DNA of 64,000 bases. Source: Eledone cirrhosa (taxonomy: Eukaryota). A model generated the notes under the pieces. The model was not told where the DNA came from. It was given only the letters and a program-made list of their open reading frames with translations, and made no database searches. Each line of letters opens with the position of its first letter. Position 1 is the stretch's first letter. Positions 39,332 through 54,388 of this stretch are shown here, piece by piece. The stretch spans positions 33,232,001 through 33,296,000 of the forward strand of contig OZ024741.1 in the NCBI GenBank assembly GCA_964016885.1, given 5' to 3'. Position numbers and translations under genes: made by a program.

Positions 39332-40404
39332 TTATGTCACGCGGGCCCAGCTAACAGCTTTGGTCCCCTCGTTTCCCAGAGCACGTATTTTGCTTCGGAC
39401 AACGCAGCTTTCGTGGTTCAAGGCCGTTCTCGACGCTTGCACTCTGGCCACGTTGCCGCTTCTCATTGCCTCTTCAACATTAACTACCAACTCCCTTTCC
39501 TTCCTATTTCTATCTGAGGCTAACTCCTTACTAACTCCTATTGAAACTACTCTAATCTCTCTTTTTAGAGAGCCCCACCACCTGCTGTTGACGATGGCGC
39601 CCGTCAACCGCTCCTTAACTAAGGTTCTAATCCGGTCCCTGTAAGCTCTACTTGCCGGTAAGGACAAGTTGAGCTTCCAGTAACCGGGTCCCTGCCTATG
39701 CGTTCTATCAAGGTGGACTACGCAGGTCACTAACTTGTGGTCTGAATAGCCCACCATGAGCATTTTTGGACAACTTAAAAAGTCCCTATCCTTAATTCTA
39801 ACTAAGAACCTATCTAGGTACGATCTAGATTGACCACTGTTATTTGACCAAGTCCAGGTTGGCACAGTCGGAAAATCTAGTCGGTATCTATCGGCCAGGT
39901 CAAATCGGCCGATTAACCCCTTGAGGCTGTTACACCCTCCTCTATCGGGACATGCCCCTACATAGTCCCAACGTGCATCTAGGATACCATTCCAGTCCCC
40001 CACTAAAACCAAGGAGAGGGACGTCCCTAGAAAAGACTCCACACGATGGAAGAAGTCCGACCGCATTGCCCCAAAGGGGGCGTATACGGCGACAAGCCTA
40101 AAAGCTGCGCCTTCACCACTGCCAAGGTCCAGAACCACGAGTTGACCCTCCGGGTCCAAGTGTACCGTCTGTGTTGCGAGACCCAGATGTTTTTGCAGCA
40201 GAACGACAACCCCACTCCCACCTCCGGGCTGACAGAGAGATGTGTGCATCTCAAATTCATCAAAGGTCGGGGCTAGCTGTCGCACGCTGCTGATCCGGGC
40301 CTCGCAAATAACCATCACATTTATATATTGTGACCTGAGGTCATTTAGAAGTTTAGCTTGCTTCCAAGGTGAGCCCAGGCCACGCGCATTTAGACAACCT
40401 ACTC
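39332..40404 (-). pseudogene. Tx1 ORF2 segment 1: apurinic-like endonuclease
   Basis: CLNARGL, ICE, VYAP, GDWN, YLDRFLV, SDHK, GPGYWKLN. Confidence 0.9.
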
Positions 40405-40646
40405 TTTCGTGGCTATTATGCAAAAACATTACATCATAGAGATGCAGTATTTTTGTCAGGTTTGCCGACTTATCAAGAGGATACCGCATTAAGAGTTTCA
40501 AAACACGTCCGTAGGACGCGAGATAGAATCCCGAAAGGCGGAGCGGGAACTTATCACGTGATACAGCGTCAAGAAACAGAGCTAAGCTTCTTACAACCAA
40601 GAGAAAAAATACTGCATCTGTATGTTTTTGCATAATAGCCACGAAA
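40405..40646. repeat. Inverted-repeat element abutting the Tx1 5' end
   Basis: TTTCGTGGCTATTATGCAAAAACAT..AGATGCAGTATTTTT and its reverse complement at 40605-40646. Confidence 0.75.
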
Positions 40647-40787
40647 CTACGTAGTCGAGGATAATGAAGGAATGTAGGCATATTATATCTTTTTATTTAT
40701 ATCTAATGTTTCTTCTTTCTTTATAATGTATTATATAGCTCTGATATTGAATCAATTTAATCCATTCAGATTATTTTCTCCCTATTA

Positions 40788-40824
<37 letters not shown>

Positions 40825-40846
40825 CACATACACTTATATACATCTA

Positions 40847-40936
<90 letters not shown>

Positions 40937-40969
40937 CACATATACATATATACATATACACATCTACTG

Positions 40970-41096
<127 letters not shown>

Positions 41097-41214
41097 TATA
41101 TACACACCACATACACTTATATACATCTTCTGTGTAGTGATGGATATATACACCACATACACTTATGCACATCTACTGTGTAGTGGTAAATATCTATCTA
41201 TATATATATATATA

Positions 41215-41934
<720 letters not shown>

Positions 41935-42080
41935 TGTTTTTCTTTTTTTATCCTTTCTTTGATTCGTCAAAGATGACATTATTGAAAAGATGAGATTATT
42001 GAAAAGATGACATTATTGAAAATATGGGGGGGAGAATTCTTTTTAAAAAAGTTTTATAATGTATATAAAGTATCTAAAGT

Positions 42081-42122
42081 ATTACCGGTTTCGATGTATT
42101 ATTAAAATTCATTTTATCAAAT
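42081..42122 (-). ncRNA. Decayed U3-A8 hammerhead motif
   Basis: Minus strand AT-TTGATAA-AATG..CATC-GAA-ACCGGT-A-AT; stems I and II weak. Confidence 0.4.
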
Positions 42123-42675
42123 GTTGAGTATTGAAATAAAAAATTATAAAGAATTAATAGGAGTTAAAAACTAAAAATTAAAGATTTAAATTTAAAATCA
42201 AATGCTGGAGTAAGATTTTTTCCCATCTTTCTTGCTCAAAGTTTGGCTGGAGAATGAGTTCTTGTTAATAGAGAGGTGGTAGTGAAGATAGCAGCAGCTG
42301 TGTTTCTTCACAGAACAAAGTTGTTTTTTAGGGGCAAAGCAAACATCCTGTAAATATATGTATATCTGATTGTGTTAATTGACTGGTCAGAAGTTCAAAA
42401 GGGAATTGTAAGCTAGAGGTAAATTCTATGGCAGCAGCAGGAGTGTAAGAGAAATTCTATTATTGGAATATGGTTTTAGGGAGTGTGTATATATATATAT
42501 ATATAGTGTGAGGGTGTATATATAACAATACACACACATGTGTGTGTATTGTGTGTTTTTCAGCCTGTCTGTAACAGTCCCTTTAGCAATACACACATGG
42601 GTGTTCAGCTTGTCTGTCACAGGTCCCTTTGTGGTGGGAAATTTTAAATTTTAAACAGACAGGCGGACAAACAGA

Positions 42676-45600
42676 CAGGCAGGCTGACATGAAGGTAACC
42701 AGGTAGACAGTCTGACATGCAGGCAGGCTGACATGAAGGTAACCAGACAGACAGGCTGACATGCAGGCAGGCTGACATGAAGGTAACCAGGTAGGCAGGC
42801 TGACATGCAGGCAGGCTGACATGAAGGTAACCAGGTAGGCAGGCTGACATGCAGGCAGGCTGACATGAAGGTAACCAGGTAGACAGTCTGACATGCAGGC
42901 AGACTGACATGAAGGTAACCAGGTAGACAGTCTGACATGCAGGCAGACTGACATGAAGGTAACCAGGTAGACAGTCTGACATGCAGGCAGGCTGACATGA
43001 AGGTAACCAGGTAGGCAGGCTGACATGCAGGCAGACTGACATGAAGGTAACCAGGTAGACAGTCTGACATGCAGGCAGGCTGACATGAAGGTAACCAGGT
43101 AGACAGTCTGACATGCAGGCAGGCTGACATGAAGGTAACCAGGTAGACAGTCTGACATGCAGGCAGGCTGACATGAAGGTAACCAGGTAGGCAGTCTGAC
43201 ATGCAGGCAGACTGACATGAAGGTAACCAGGTAGACAGTCTGACATGCAGGCAGGCTGACATGAAGGTAACCAGGTAGGCAGGCTGACATGCAGGCAGGC
43301 TGACATGAAGGTAACCAGGTAGGCAGGCTGACATGCAGGCAGGCTGACATGAAGGTAACCAGGTAGACAGTCTGACATGCAGGCAGGCTGACATGAAGGT
43401 AACCAGGTAGGCAGGCTGACATGAAGGCAGGCTGACATGAAGGTAACCAGGTAGACAGTCTGACATGCAGGCAGGCTGACATGAAGGTAACCAGACAGAC
43501 AGTCTGACATGCAGGCAGGCTGACATGAAGGTAACCAGGTAGACAGTCTGACATGCAGGCAGGCTGACATGAAGGTAACCAGGTAGGCAGGCTGACATGC
43601 AGGCAGGCTGACATGAAGGTAACCAGGTAGACAGTCTGACATGCAGGCAGGCTGACATGAAGGTAACCAGACAGACAGTCTGACATGCAGGCAGGCTGAC
43701 ATGAAGGTAACCAGGTAGACAGTCTGACATGCAGGCAGACTGACATGAAGGTAACCAGGTAGACAGTCTGACATGCAGGCAGACTGACATGAAGGTAACC
43801 AGGTAGGCAGTCTGACATGCAGGCAGACTGACATGAAGGTAACCAGGTAGACAGTCTGACATGCAGGCAGGCTGACATGAAGGTAACCAGGTAGACAGTC
43901 TGACATGCAGGCAGGCTGACATGAAGGTAACCAGGTAGGCAGGCTGACATGCAGGCAGGCTGACATGAAGGTAACCAGGTAGACAGTCTGACATGCAGGC
44001 AGGCTGACATGAAGGTAACCAGGTAGACAGTCTGACATGCAGGCAGACTGACATGAAGGTAACCAGGTAGACAGTCTGACATGCAGGCAGACTGACATGA
44101 AGGTAACCAGGTAGGCAGGCTGACATGCAGGCAGGCTGACATGAAGGTAACCAGGTAGGCAGGCTGACATGCAGGCAGACTGACATGAAGGTAACCAGGT
44201 AGACAGTCTGACATGCAGGCAGGCTGACATGAAGGTAACCAGGTAGGCAGGCTGACATGCAGGCAGGCTGACATGAAGGTAACCAGGTAGGCAGGCTGAC
44301 ATGCAGGCAGGCTGACATGAAGGTAACCAGGTAGACAGTCTGACATGCAGGCAGGCTGACATGAAGGTAACCAGGTAGGCAGGCTGACATGAAGGCAGGC
44401 TGACATGAAGGTAACCAGGTAGACAGTCTGACATGCAGGCAGGCTGACATGAAGGTAACCAGACAGACAGTCTGACATGCAGGCAGACTGACATGAAGGT
44501 AACCAGGTAGGCAGTCTGACATGCAGGCAGGCTGACATGAAGGTAACCAGGTAGGCAGGCTGACATGCAGGCAGGCTGACATGAAGGTAACCAGGTAGGC
44601 AGGCTGACATGCAGGCAGGCTGACATGAAGGTAACCAGGTAGGCAGTCTGACATGCAGGCAGACTGACATGAAGGTAACCAGGTAGACAGTCTGACATGC
44701 AGGCAGGCTGACATGAAGGTAACCAGGTAGGCAGGCTGACATGCAGGCAGGCTGACATGAAGGTAACCAGGTAGACAGTCTGACATGCAGGCAGGCTGAC
44801 ATGAAGGTAACCAGGTAGGCAGGCTGACATGCAGGCAGGCTGACATGAAGGTAACCAGGTAGACAGTCTGACATGCAGGCAGGCTGACATGAAGGTAACC
44901 AGGTAGGCAGTCTGACATGCAGGCAGACTGACATGAAGGTAACCAGGTAGACAGTCTGACATGCAGGCAGACTGACATGAAGGTAACCAGGTAGACAGTC
45001 TGACATGCAGGCAGGCTGACATGAAGGTAACCAGGTAGACAGTCTGACATGCAGGCAGGCTGACATGAAGGTAACCAGGTAGGCAGGCTGACATGCAGGC
45101 AGGCTGACATGAAGGTAACCAGGTAGACAGTCTGACATGCAGGCAGGCTGACATGAAGGTAACCAGGTAGGCAGGCTGACATGCAGGCAGGCTGACATGA
45201 AGGTAACCAGGTAGACAGTCTGACATGCAGGCAGGCTGACATGAAGGTAACCAGGTAGACAGTCTGACATGCAGGCAGGCTGACATGAAGGTAACCAGGT
45301 AGGCAGGCTGACATGCAGGCAGGCTGACATGAAGGTAACCAGGTAGACAGTCTGACATGCAGGCAGGCTGACATGAAGGTAACCAGGTAGGCAGTCTGAC
45401 ATGCAGGCAGACTGACATGAAGGTAACCAGGTAGACAGTCTGACATGCAGGCAGACTGACATGAAGGTAACCAGGTAGACAGTCTGACATGCAGGCAGGC
45501 TGACATGAAGGTAACCAGGTAGACAGTCTGACATGCAGGCAGGCTGACATGAAGGTAACCAGGTAGGCAGGCTGACATGCAGGCAGGCTGACATGAAGGT

Positions 45601-48600
45601 AACCAGGTAGACAGTCTGACATGCAGGCAGGCTGACATGAAGGTAACCAGGTAGGCAGGCTGACATGCAGGCAGGCTGACATGAAGGTAACCAGGTAGAC
45701 AGTCTGACATGCAGGCAGGCTGACATGAAGGTAACCAGGTAGGCAGGCTGACATGCAGGCAGGCTGACATGAAGGTAACCAGGTAGGCAGGCTGACATGC
45801 AGGCAGGCTGACATGAAGGTAACCAGGTAGACAGTCTGACATGCAGGCAGGCTGACATGAAGGTAACCAGGTAGGCAGGCTGACATGCAGGCAGGCTGAC
45901 ATGAAGGTAACCAGGTAGGCAGTCTGACATGCAGGCAGACTGACATGAAGGTAACCAGGTAGACAGTCTGACATGCAGGCAGGCTGACATGAAGGTAACC
46001 AGGTAGGCAGGCTGACATGCAGGCAGGCTGACATGAAGGTAACCAGGTAGACAGTCTGACATGCAGGCAGGCTGACATGAAGGTAACCAGGTAGGCAGGC
46101 TGACATGCAGGCAGGCTGACATGAAGGTAACCAGGTAGACAGTCTGACATGCAGGCAGGCTGACATGAAGGTAACCAGGTAGGCAGGCTGACATGCAGGC
46201 AGGCTGACATGAAGGTAACCAGGTAGACAGTCTGACATGCAGGCAGGCTGACATGAAGGTAACCAGGTAGGCAGGCTGACATGCAGGCAGGCTGACATGA
46301 AGGTAACCAGGTAGACAGTCTGACATGCAGGCAGGCTGACATGAAGGTAACCAGGTAGGCAGGCTGACATGCAGGCAGGCTGACATGAAGGTAACCAGGT
46401 AGACAGTCTGACATGCAGGCAGGCTGACATGAAGGTAACCAGGTAGACAGTCTGACATGCAGGCAGGCTGACATGAAGGTAACCAGGTAGACAGTCTGAC
46501 ATGCAGGCAGGCTGACATGAAGGTAACCAGGTAGACAGGCTGACATGCAGGCAGGCTGACATGAAGGTAACCAGGTAGGCAGGCTGACATGCAGGCAGGC
46601 TGACATGAAGGTAACCAGATAGGCAGGCTGACATGCAGGCAGGCTGACATGAAGGTAACCAGGTAGACAGTCTGACATGCAGGCAGGCTGACATGAAGGT
46701 AACCAGGTAGGCAGGCTGACATGCAGGCAGGCTGACATGAAGGTAACCAGGTAGACAGTCTGACATGCAGGCAGGCTGACATGAAGGTAACCAGGTAGGC
46801 AGGCTGACATGCAGGCAGGCTGACATGAAGGTAACCAGGTAGACAGTCTGACATGCAGGCAGGCTGACATGAAGGTAACCAGGTAGACAGTCTGACATGC
46901 AGGCAGACTGACATGAAGGTAACCAGGTAGGCAGGCTGACATGCAGGCAGGCTGACATGAAGGTAACCAGGTAGACAGTCTGACATGCAGGCAGGCTGAC
47001 ATGAAGGTAACCAGGTAGACAGTCTGACATGCAGGCAGGCTGACATGAAGGTAACCAGGTAGGCAGGCTGACATGCAGGCAGGCTGACATGAAGGTAACC
47101 AGGTAGGCAGGCTGACATGCAGGCAGGCTGACATGAAGGTAACCAGGTAGACAGTCTGACATGCAGGCAGGCTGACATGAAGGTAACCAGGTAGACAGTC
47201 TGACATGCAGGCAGGCTGACATGAAGGTAACCAGGTAGACAGTCTGACATGCAGGCAGGCTGACATGAAGGTAACCAGGTAGACAGTCTGACATGCAGGC
47301 AGGCTGACATGAAGGTAACCAGGTAAGCAGTCTGACATGCAGGCAGGCTGACATGAAGGTAACCAGGTAGACAGTCTGACATGCAGGCAGGCTGACATGA
47401 AGGTAACCAGGTAGACAGTCTGACATGCAGGCAGGCTGACATGAAGGTAACCAGGTAGACAGTCTGACATGCAGGCAGGCTGACATGAAGGTAACCAGGT
47501 AGACAGTCTGACATGCAGGCAGGCTGACATGAAGGTAACCAGGTAGACAGTCTGACATGCAGGCAGGCTGACATGAAGGTAACCAGGTAGGCAGGCTGAC
47601 ATGCAGGCAGACTGACATGAAGGTAACCAGGTAGGCAGTCTGACATGCAGGCAGGCTGACATGAAGGTAACCAGGTAAGCAGTCTGACATGCAGGCAGAC
47701 TGACATGAAGGTAACCAGGTAGGCAGGCTGACATGCAGGCAGGCTGACATGAAGGTAACCAGGTAGACAGTCTGACATGCAGGCAGGCTGACATGAAGGT
47801 AACCAGGTAGACAGTCTGACATGCAGGCAGGCTGACATGAAGGTAACCAGGTAGACAGTCTGACATGCAGGCAGGCTGACATGAAGGTAACCAGGTAAGC
47901 AGTCTGACATGCAGGCAGGCTGACATGAAGGTAACCAGGTAGGCAGGCTGACATGCAGGCAGGCTGACATGAAGGTAACCAGGTAGACAGTCTGACATGC
48001 AGGCAGACTGACATGAAGGTAACCAGGTAGACAGTCTGACATGCAGGCAGGCTGACATGAAGGTAACCAGGTAGGCAGGCTGACATGCAGGCAGGCTGAC
48101 ATGAAGGTAACCAGGTAGGCAGGCTGACATGCAGGCAGGCTGACATGAAGGTAACCAGGTAAGCAGTCTGACATGCAGGCAGGCTGACATGAAGGTAACC
48201 AGGTAGGCAGTCTGACATGCAGGCAGGCTGACATGAAGGTAACCAGGTAGACAGTCTGACATGCAGGCAGGCTGACATGAAGGTAACCAGGTAGGCAGGC
48301 TGACATGCAGGCAGGCTGACATGAAGGTAACCAGGTAGGCAGGCTGACATGCAGGCAGGCTGACATGAAGGTAACCAGGTAGACAGTCTGACATGCAGGC
48401 AGGCTGACATGAAGGTAACCAGGTAGACAGTCTGACATGCAGGCAGGCTGACATGAAGGTAACCAGGTAGACAGTCTGACATGCAGGCAGGCTGACATGA
48501 AGGTAACCAGGTAGGCAGTCTGACATGCAGGCAGGCTGACATGAAGGTAACCAGGTAGACAGTCTGACATGCAGGCAGGCTGACATGAAGGTAACCAGGT

Positions 48601-51600
48601 AGGCAGGCTGACATGCAGGCAGGCTGACATGAAGGTAACCAGGTAGACAGTCTGACATGCAGGCAGGCTGACATGAAGGTAACCAGGTAGACAGTCTGAC
48701 ATGCAGGCAGGCTGACATGAAGGTAACCAGGTAGGCAGGCTGACATGCAGGCAGGCTGACATGAAGGTAACCAGGTAGGCAGGCTGACATGAAGGCAGGC
48801 TGACATGAAGGTAACCAGGTAGGCAGGCTGACATGCAGGCAGGCTGACATGAAGGTAACCAGGTAGGCAGTCTGACATGCAGGCAGGCTGACATGAAGGT
48901 AACCAGGTAGACAGTCTGACATGCAGGCAGGCTGACATGAAGGTAACCAGGTAGGCAGGCTGACATGCAGGCAGGCTGACATGAAGGTAACCAGGTAGGC
49001 AGGCTGACATGAAGGCAGGCTGACATGAAGGTAACCAGGTAGGCAGGCTGACATGCAGGCAGGCTGACATGAAGGTAACCAGGTAGGCAGGCTGACATGC
49101 AGGCAGGCTGACATGAAGGTAACCAGGTAGGCAGGCTGACATGAAGGCAGGCTGACATGAAGGTAACCAGGTAGACAGTCTGACATGCAGGCAGGCTGAC
49201 ATGAAGGTAACCAGGTAGACAGTCTGACATGCAGGCAGGCTGACATGAAGGTAACCAGGTAGGCAGGCTGACATGCAGGCAGGCTGACATGAAGGTAACC
49301 AGGTAGACAGTCTGACATGCAGGCAGGCTGACATGAAGGTAACCAGGTAGGCAGGCTGACATGCAGGCAGGCTGACATGAAGGTAACCAGGTAGGCAGGC
49401 TGACATGAAGGCAGGCTGACATGAAGGTAACCAGGTAGGCAGGCTGACATGCAGGCAGGCTGACATGAAGGTAACCAGGTAGGCAGGCTGACATGCAGGC
49501 AGGCTGACATGAAGGTAACCAGGTAGGCAGGCTGACATGAAGGCAGGCTGACATGAAGGTAACCAGGTAGACAGTCTGACATGCAGGCAGGCTGACATGA
49601 AGGTAACCAGGTAGGCAGTCTGACATGCAGGCAGGCTGACATGAAGGTAACCAGGTAGACAGTCTGACATGCAGGCAGTCTGACATGAAGGTAACCAGGT
49701 AGACAGTCTGACATGCAGGCAGGCTGACATGAAGGTAACCAGGTAGACAGTCTGACATGCAGGCAGGCTGACATGAAGGTAACCAGGTAGGCAGGCTGAC
49801 ATGCAGGCAGGCTGACATGAAGGTAACCAGGTAGGCAGGCTGACATGAAGGCAGGCTGACATGAAGGTAACCAGGTAGGCAGGCTGACATGCAGGCAGGC
49901 TGACATGAAGGTAACCAGGTAGGCAGGCTGACATGCAGGCAGGCTGACATGAAGGTAACCAGGTAGGCAGGCTGACATGAAGGCAGGCTGACATGAAGGT
50001 AACCAGGTAGACAGTCTGACATGCAGGCAGGCTGACATGAAGGTAACCAGGTAGACAGTCTGACATGCAGGCAGGCTGACATGAAGGTAACCAGGTAGGC
50101 AGGCTGACATGCAGGCAGGCTGACATGAAGGTAACCAGGTAGACAGTCTGACATGCAGGCAGACTGACATGAAGGTAACCAGGTAGACAGTCTGACATGC
50201 AGGCAGGCTGACATGAAGGTAACCAGGTAGGCAGGCTGACATGCAGGCAGGCTGACATGAAGGTAACCAGGTAGACAGTCTGACATGCAGGCAGGCTGAC
50301 ATGAAGGTAACCAGGTAGGCAGGCTGACATGCAGGCAGGCTGACATGAAGGTAACCAGGTAGGCAGGCTGACATGAAGGCAGGCTGACATGAAGGTAACC
50401 AGGTAGGCAGGCTGACATGCAGGCAGGCTGACATGAAGGTAACCAGGTAGGCAGGCTGACATGCAGGCAGGCTGACATGAAGGTAACCAGGTAGGCAGGC
50501 TGACATGCAGGCAGACTGACATGAAGGTAACCAGGTAGGCAGGCTGACATGCAGGCAGGCTGACATGAAGGTAACCAGGTAGGCAGGCTGACATGAAGGC
50601 AGGCTGACATGAAGGTAACCAGGTAGACAGTCTGACATGCAGGCAGGCTGACATGAAGGTAACCAGGTAGGCAGTCTGACATGCAGGCAGGCTGACATGA
50701 AGGTAACCAGGTAGACAGTCTGACATGCAGGCAGGCTGACATGAAGGTAACCAGGTAGGCAGGCTGACATGCAGGCAGGCTGACATGAAGGTAACCAGGT
50801 AGACAGTCTGACATGCAGGCAGGCTGACATGAAGGTAACCAGGTAGGCAGGCTGACATGCAGGCAGGCTGACATGAAGGTAACCAGGTAGGCAGGCTGAC
50901 ATGCAGGCAGGCTGACATGAAGGTAACCAGGTAGGCAGGCTGACATGCAGGCAGGCTGACATGAAGGTAACCAGGTAGACAGTCTGACATGCAGGCAGGC
51001 TGACATGAAGGTAACCAGGTAGGCAGTCTGACATGCAGGCAGGCTGACATGAAGGTAACCAGGTAGACAGTCTGACATGCAGGCAGGCTGACATGAAGGT
51101 AACCAGGTAGGCAGGCTGACATGCAGGCAGGCTGACATGAAGGTAACCAGGTAGACAGTCTGACATGCAGGCAGGCTGACATGAAGGTAACCAGGTAGGC
51201 AGGCTGACATGCAGGCAGGCTGACATGAAGGTAACCAGGTAGACAGTCTGACATGCAGGCAGGCTGACATGAAGGTAACCAGGTAGGCAGGCTGACATGC
51301 AGGCAGGCTGACATGAAGGTAACCAGGTAGGCAGGCTGACATGCAGGCAGGCTGACATGAAGGTAACCAGGTAGGCAGGCTGACATGCAGGCAGGCTGAC
51401 ATGAAGGTAACCAGGTAGGCAGGCTGACATGAAGGCAGGCTGACATGAAGGTAACCAGGTAGACAGTCTGACATGCAGGCAGGCTGACATGAAGGTAACC
51501 AGGTAGACAGTCTGACATGCAGGCAGGCTGACATGAAGGTAACCAGGTAGGCAGGCTGACATGCAGGCAGGCTGACATGAAGGTAACCAGGTAGGCAGGC

Positions 51601-51656
51601 TGACATGCAGGCAGGCTGACATGCAGGCAGGCTGACATGAAGGTAACCAGGTAGGC
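42676..51656. repeat. 44-bp satellite/minisatellite, about 204 copies (~9 kb)
   Basis: AGGCTGACATGAAGGTAACCAGGTAG(A/G)CAG(T/G)CTGACATGCAGGC. Confidence 0.98.
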
Positions 51657-52654
51657 TGTGTGTGATGGGAGAAAAGGCATGGGAAGGGAGAGTAATGTAT
51701 GTCGGGAAAAGTTAAAAAACTACAACAGGTTGAATACATCTGTCTGAAACATAGTATTGTTGTTTATATTGATGTAAGGGGCACCACAGCAGTGGGAGGG
51801 GCGAGGAGAGGTAAGTGAGGGGAGATGGGGAGAAAGGAGGGGAGAGGGGGCTGAGATAGAGGGGAGAAAGATAAGGGAGAGGGATGAGAGATAGGGGAGT
51901 GGGTTCTGAGAGGGAGAGAGAGAGGAGAAAGATGGGAGAGAAGGGGGAGAGAGGGGTAGAAACATGGTGGAGGGGACGAAACAAAGAAAGAAAGAGGAGA
52001 CAGGTGGAGGAATGGGAAGAGAAAGAAAGAAAAAAGAGAGACAGAGAGAATATATGAGATTGTGTCTGTTATTTGTAGAATCGTTAAAATGTCGGACAAA
52101 CTATCTTCCACTTATCCGTTCAACATCTTTACGTTCAAACCCCGCCAACGTCAAATTTATTTCCAAAATTGATAAAATAAAGTATCAATTCTTTGATCAA
52201 ATTTCCAGGTTAACGTTGTCTTTCATTTATTCAAAAGTGATTAAGTACAAACCCTGAGCTGTGGCTTGGCGAAATTATTAGGACTTCGGAAAAATGTCTT
52301 CTTCTTCTTCTTCTTCTTCTTCTTCTTCTTCTTCTTCTTCTTCTTCTTCTTCTTCTTCTTCTTCGCCCACCGTGCATCAAATCATCCTTGGACCGTTCCA
52401 GTAACTTATAACTATATAAAGACACTGCTAGCTCATCACCTAACCCACCTTCATTTCCGGGAAAAGTGATAGTGTGATTGATCCACCATGACAACATACG
52501 TTGTTGATTCCATATAAGGAGTGTAGTAGAGAATTGGATTTATTAAAAGAATAGAAAGTTATTTATCCTGCGACGAAGAAAGGCAAAGTTATCCTCCTTT
52601 GAACTCAGATTAGAAAGCCGGAAAAATTATGTAATGTATTCTTTTTCTTCTTCT

Positions 52655-53048
52655 TTTTCTGCGCCCATTTATTCCTACGAGGGCCGAGGGGGAAGAGTCT
52701 CCAAACACTATTTCCAGCGAGTCCTGTCAGAAGCAATCATTTCCAACAGATCCAGCTGGTTCCCCAAGCAAAACCAGCTAAGCTCATGGAGGTTATCCAA
52801 CCATCTTGCTTCTCCTGTCGGTTGGTTTTTCCTGTAAAATCTGTCCAGCGATTCTTTCCTAAGATATTCTAACCACATGCCCATATTTTCTGAGCTGTGA
52901 TCTCCCAATTCGGAGAAGTAGCGGCTCTACCTAGTGACTCTCTGATCTCCGAGCTACGCACTCTATCCAGTAAGGTTAATCCAAAGACCATTCGGAGGAA
53001 CCCCATTTCGGTCGCTTGTATTCGCGATCGTATTCTTTCGGTCATTAC
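52655..53048 (-). mobile_element. RTE (Expander-like) LINE 3' fragment
   Basis: MTERIRSRIQATEMGFLRMVFGLTLLDRVRSSEIRESLG...WLDNLHELSW..LG..LLEMIASDRTRW. Confidence 0.82.
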
Positions 53049-53274
53049 TATATATATATACATATATATAGGGATGGCAGAATTGGTAGAGCGTCAAACA
53101 AATGCTTTGTAGTGGGTCCGTATGGTTCTATATGTTTTGGGTTCAAATCTCCCTGCGATCAAGTTTGCCTTTCCACCTCCCGTTATCTATAAAATAAAGC
53201 ACCAATCAAGTACTAGAGTCGATACAATCGACTTTCTTCGACTACCCCTACCCCATATTGTTGGACTTGTGTCG

Positions 53275-53535
53275 TCTTCTTCTTCTTCTTCTTCTTCTTC
53301 TTCTTCTTCTTCTTCTTCTTCTTCTTCTTCTTCTTCTTCCGGCTGGATCCCCAAACGAGACCAACCAAGCTCATAGATGTTATCCAACCATCTTGCTCGG
53401 GGTCTACCCCTGGGTCTCCCGTCGGTTGGTTTTTCCTAAGACATTCTAACCATATGTCCATAGTATCTGAACTGTGATCTCCCAATTCAGAGAAGTAGCG
53501 GCTCTACCTGGAGTGACTCTCTCATCTCCCAGCTA
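53275..53535 (-). mobile_element. RTE (Expander-like) 3' fragment
   Basis: Homologous to 52790-52950; (GAA)n tract. Confidence 0.72.
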
Positions 53536-54039
53536 GAAATCAATATATGTGTATAAAAACGAGAATGTAGTGGTGCTTATTATGAATAGCAACAACAGAA
53601 CTAAGGTAAAATATCCCAAAGAAGCGTTCAGCATACTGAATACAAATATACTAGGGTGTCATACCTGTAAGAAGTGAAACCTGTTTATTTTCTTTTAAAC
53701 ATCCCAAAGGGAGTTTCTGTCTCCTAGTTACACGGATAATCTCAGTATATTGCACGTATCAAACACTACAAGCTTACTATACTAGGATCTCACTATATTG
53801 TATGTATCAGATACTATGTACTGCCTGTGTATTTAATATGCAGAAAGTTCGCCTGAGTTAACATTACTTCAGCCATATTGCAGACCATCATCATCTGAAC
53901 AACCTCATAGTCACCATCATTATCGTCATCGTCATCGTTAGCGTCGTCGACATTGTCATCATGGCCACCGCCATCGTGACTATCATCAGCATCATCATCA
54001 TCATCATCACCATTATCATTATCATTATTATCTTTTAAT

Positions 54040-54358
54040 TTCAAATCCCGCCGAGGTTAACTTTGCCTTTCATCCTTACGGGGTCGATAAAATAAAGTAC
54101 CAGTAATGTACTGAGATAATTGCTGGTCTTGTGCCAAAAGTAGAAACAATTATTATCTTTTAACTTAGGCGGAGGATTGGCAGTATCGGTAGAAGGTTGG
54201 ACGCCATGCTTTGCAGCATAGAGTTACGCCCCTTTACAGACTGAGTTCAAATCCCGCCGAGGTTAACTTTGCCTTTCATCCTTACGGGGTCGATAAAATA
54301 AAGTACCAGTAATGTACTGAGATAATTGCTGGCCTTGTGCCAAAAGTAGAAACAATTA
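54040..54358 (+). mobile_element. Partial + full family A SINE in tandem with a triplicated flank
   Basis: ATTA(T/C)ATCTTTTAA at ~54024, ~54149 and ~54356. Confidence 0.87.
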
Positions 54359-54388
54359 TCATCTTTTAACTTATTTTAATCATTTCAG

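Larger units (their letters stand above)
36775..40404 (-). mobile_element. Tx1/L1-group non-LTR retrotransposon, nearly complete ORF2 + 3' UTR, ORF1 absent
   Basis: APE, RT and CCHC domains in three frameshifted segments; GC-rich island; AATAAA at 36784-36789 on minus strand. Confidence 0.93.

Noticed and set aside
40405-40681. N-terminal ~90 aa of ORF 39332..40681
   Set aside because: Derived from the adjacent inverted-repeat element; APE homology starts at RVGCLNARGL.
42676-51656. CRISPR-like appearance of regular repeats (also 19400-20115)
   Set aside because: Contiguous tandem units without unique spacers; no cas genes; eukaryotic context.
42583-51739. Three ~3000-aa ORFs on the minus strand
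   Set aside because: Translations of the 44-bp satellite; the same peptide appears in all three frames, with no domain or splice context.
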